Of a DNA stretch of 64,000 nt, positions 61,231 through 64,000 are shown piece after piece. Position 1 is the first letter of the stretch, and each line of letters opens with the position of its first letter. The notes under the pieces are model-generated. The model ran no database searches. It was given only the letters and a program-made list of their open reading frames with translations, and was not told where the DNA came from. The position numbers were made by a program, and so were the translations under genes. Location: contig JAHHIM010000004.1 in NCBI GenBank assembly GCA_019358915.1, forward strand, positions 32,001-96,000, written 5' to 3'. This DNA comes from Trichormus sp. ATA11-4-KO1 (GTDB taxonomy: Bacteria; Cyanobacteriota; Cyanobacteriia; Cyanobacteriales; Nostocaceae).

Positions 61231-64000
61231 ATGACCCTTCCCATCTCGAAATCCCAGACTAAATTGATCTCGGAAACTATTGAACAACTGCGTTCCTGCT
61301 GTCAAGTTAATATTCAGTCTACTTGGCTATACCAGGAATCTGACCGGGATATTACTGATATTAGCGCATCTGATTTGTCTAATTGGCAGCTAGTCCAGCT
61401 AAATGCTAGAAAACATATTGCTTGGACAGGGGGAAAAAAAGTCCTTTGGCTAATGCAAAGAGTTGTGGTTCCCCAATATCTACAGGGTTATCCTTTGGCT
61501 GGGTTGTCTTTGCGGTTGGCGTTGGTTTGGTGGGCAGATGCGGCTGAGATTTATGTGAATGGGGAGTTAGTTTTGGAGGGAGATTTATTTGATTGTTCGC
61601 CGAGAGTGCTTCTCTGTCAAGGGGTGACTCCTGGTGAAGAGTTTAATGTGGCTTTGCGGTTGGTGAGTCCGGGACATGATCATGGTGCTTTGGTGCGATC
61701 GCTCCTGGTTTATGAGTCTGATGATGATAATAATCCTGATCCGGGTTTTGTGGCTGATGAGTTGGCGGTAATACAGCTTTATTTAGAAAGGTTAGCGCCG
61801 GAGAGGTTGGATGTTTTGGCTAAGGTGGTGGGGGAGATAATGAACCGCCAAGGCGCCAAGGACGCCAAGGAGGAGTTGATGGAATCATTCTTGTCTTTGC
61901 GCCAAAAGTTTTTGGATTCGGATGTTTTAGCTGCTTGTTTGCACTCGAAGATATATTTGTTGGGTCATGCTCATTTAGATTTAGCATGGCTTTGGCCTGT
62001 CAGTGAAACTTGGAGGGCGGCACAAAATACTTTTGAGTCGGTTCTTAAATTACAACAAGATTTTCCTGAGTTGATTTTTTGTCATTCAACGCCGGCGCTT
62101 TATGCTTGGGTGGAAGAACATCGCCCGGATTTGTTTCGGGCTATTCAAGAGGCTGTAGCTGCTGGATGTTGGGAAGTTGTGGGCGGTTTGTGGGTGGAAC
62201 CGGAACTGAATTTGATTACTGGTGAGTCGATTGTGCGTCAGCTATTGTATGGTCAGCGCTACGTCCAAGCAAAGTTCGGTCAGCTGGCTACTGTGGCGTG
62301 GTTACCAGATACTTTTGGTTTTTGTGGAACTTTACCACAGTTTTTGGTGAGTGCTGGGATTGAGTTTTTTGTCACCCAGAAGTTGCGCTGGAATGACACT
62401 ACTAAGTTTGATTATGGGGCTTTTTGGTGGCGATCGCCTGATGGTAGTGAAATTTTTAGTGTGATGTCTGCACTCATCGGGGAAGGAATTGACCCGGTGA
62501 AAATGGCAACATACGCGTGTGAATGGCAAGCCCAAACTGGCTTACAAGAAGCCCTCTGGCTTCCCGGTGTAGGTGACCACGGCGGCGGTCCCACCCGTGA
62601 TATGTTAGAAACTGCCCGACGCTGGCAAAAATCTCCTCTCTTCCCAGACCTAGAATTTACCACCGCAGAAAAATATCTACAGCAAATCAAAGCCCACTTC
62701 ACCCAATACCCCACCTGGGACGATGAACTATACTTAGAATTTCATCGTGGTTGCTACACCACTCACGCAGATCAAAAACGTGGGAATCGGCTTTGTGAAG
62801 GTTTGTTGTATCAAGCTGAATTATTTGCGACTTTAGCAAGTATCATCTGTGGAGTGTCATATCCCCAAGCTGCAATAGAAGCAGCTTGGAAGCAAGTGTT
62901 ATTTAACCAGTTTCACGATATTTTGCCTGGTTCTTCCATTACCCAAGTTTATACAGATGCGTTGCCTCAGTGGCAGCAGGTTGAACAAGTAGGAACGAAG
63001 ATATTACAAGAATCATTATTAGCGATCGCTTCCCATGCTATTTTACCTTCACCGCCCCATCCTCAAGCTCAACCAATATTCATTTTTAATGCTCTCAATT
63101 GGCAGCGTTCTGAGGTAGTGGAAATCGTTTTCCCAGACCTCGAACTTGAGCAAAGCTTTGACTGGCAAATTTGTGACCTAGATGGAAATGAGATCCAAAC
63201 CCAAGGAAGGTTTCTTGGAACTAGACACAAACCTACTGGCGAAACACCCATCATGTCAGTCTCGTTTTTGGCAAATGATATTCCTGCTTGTGGTTATCGT
63301 GTCTTTTGGCTATGTCCCCATAAACCTTTGTGCCCAGATAATCAACAAATTAAAGAACAGTATGTTCTAGAAAACGAGTATCTACGAGTTACAGTTGACC
63401 AACTAACAGGTGATTTGTCCAGCGTCTTTGATAAAATTAATCAGCGTGAAGTTCTCAACGGTTTAGGAAATCAACTGCAAGCCTTTCAAGATAGTGGACA
63501 ATACTGGGATGCGTGGAATATTGACCCAAATTATGCCCAGAATCCCTTACCGCCAGCCAAATTATCATTCATTTCTCATCTAGAACAGGGCGAGTTCCGT
63601 AGTCGTGTGCGTGTGGTACGCACAATTGGTAAATCAGAATTTTTACAAGACTATATCCTAGAAAAAGCTTCTGCTGTTCTCAAAATTCAAACAACTGTTG
63701 ATTGGCAAGAAAATCAAGTTTTAGTGAAAGCAGCTTTTCCTCTGAACGTAGAAGCAGACTTTGCTACCTACGAAATTCCCTGTGGTGCAATTCGTCGCCC
63801 AACGAAACCCCAGACACCCGCAGAACAAGCAAAATGGGAAGTTCCCGCTTTGCGCTGGGCTGATTTAACTGGGGAGACAAATACAGGTATTTACGGTGTT
63901 AGTTTGCTGAATGATTGTAAATACGGTTATGATAGCCAACCTCATCAACTACGCCTCACATTACTCCGCAGTCCCAACTGGCCAAATCCAGAAGCAGACC
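61231..64000 (+). CDS. GH38 alpha-mannosidase; 3' end beyond the window
   Basis: ATG 61231 is in frame with GHAHLDLAWLWP; WLPDTFG, GDHGGGP, ELYLEFHRG and QFHDILPG follow. Confidence 0.93.
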   Translation, partial: MTLPISKSQTKLISETIEQLRSCCQVNIQSTWLYQESDRDITDISASDLSNWQLVQLNARKHIAWTGGKKVLWLMQRVVVPQYLQGYPLAGLSLRLALVWWADAAEIYVNGELVLEGDLFDCSPRVLLCQGVTPGEEFNVALRLVSPGHDHGALVRSLLVYESDDDNNPDPGFVADELAVIQLYLERLAPERLDVLAKVVGEIMNRQGAKDAKEELMESFLSLRQKFLDSDVLAACLHSKIYLLGHAHLDLAWLWPVSETWRAAQNTFESVLKLQQDFPELIFCHSTPALYAWVEEHRPDLFRAIQEAVAAGCWEVVGGLWVEPELNLITGESIVRQLLYGQRYVQAKFGQLATVAWLPDTFGFCGTLPQFLVSAGIEFFVTQKLRWNDTTKFDYGAFWWRSPDGSEIFSVMSALIGEGIDPVKMATYACEWQAQTGLQEALWLPGVGDHGGGPTRDMLETARRWQKSPLFPDLEFTTAEKYLQQIKAHFTQYPTWDDELYLEFHRGCYTTHADQKRGNRLCEGLLYQAELFATLASIICGVSYPQAAIEAAWKQVLFNQFHDILPGSSITQVYTDALPQWQQVEQVGTKILQESLLAIASHAILPSPPHPQAQPIFIFNALNWQRSEVVEIVFPDLELEQSFDWQICDLDGNEIQTQGRFLGTRHKPTGETPIMSVSFLANDIPACGYRVFWLCPHKPLCPDNQQIKEQYVLENEYLRVTVDQLTGDLSSVFDKINQREVLNGLGNQLQAFQDSGQYWDAWNIDPNYAQNPLPPAKLSFISHLEQGEFRSRVRVVRTIGKSEFLQDYILEKASAVLKIQTTVDWQENQVLVKAAFPLNVEADFATYEIPCGAIRRPTKPQTPAEQAKWEVPALRWADLTGETNTGIYGVSLLNDCKYGYDSQPHQLRLTLLRSPNWPNPEAD

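Noticed and set aside
62332..63370. Small ORFs in the last 2 kb
   Set aside because: Shadows of the GH38 reading frame.

Overview
This window comes from a heterocyst-forming cyanobacterium (Nostocales-like). Evidence: frequent HIP1 octamers (GCGATCGC), heptamer STRR arrays, an hglE-type PKS, crtR, chlG and petP. From left to right it holds: (1) a PfaA/HglE-type iterative PKS that runs off the left edge, divergent from a DevBCA-type exporter, with two small putative DNA-binding genes and a shared 19-bp motif between them; (2) housekeeping genes lpdA, trpC, sat, a pseudo-orthocaspase and mtnP; (3) a co-oriented cassette cluster downstream of mfd, containing a frameshifted Uma2 gene, a putative toxin/immunity pair, VapBC, a DUF6602-like remnant and a small-protein/retropepsin pair; (4) mfd carrying a 19-unit in-frame heptamer array, followed by a CBS-domain protein, an aldo/keto reductase, crtR and pyk; (5) an ~18-kb Wzm/Wzt polysaccharide locus with rml genes, gmd, two embedded TA pairs, a Gtr-like modification module, and cysC next to a sulfotransferase-coiled coil-GT2-GT2 fusion that suggests a sulfate-capped, ruler-controlled glycan; (6) three tandem Uma2 genes, petP, a Get3/ArsA-like gene, chlG, an acyltransferase and a GH38 alpha-mannosidase that runs off the right edge. 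I recognised no tRNA, rRNA, CRISPR array or transposase. All family calls come from motifs read by eye; no database searches were run.
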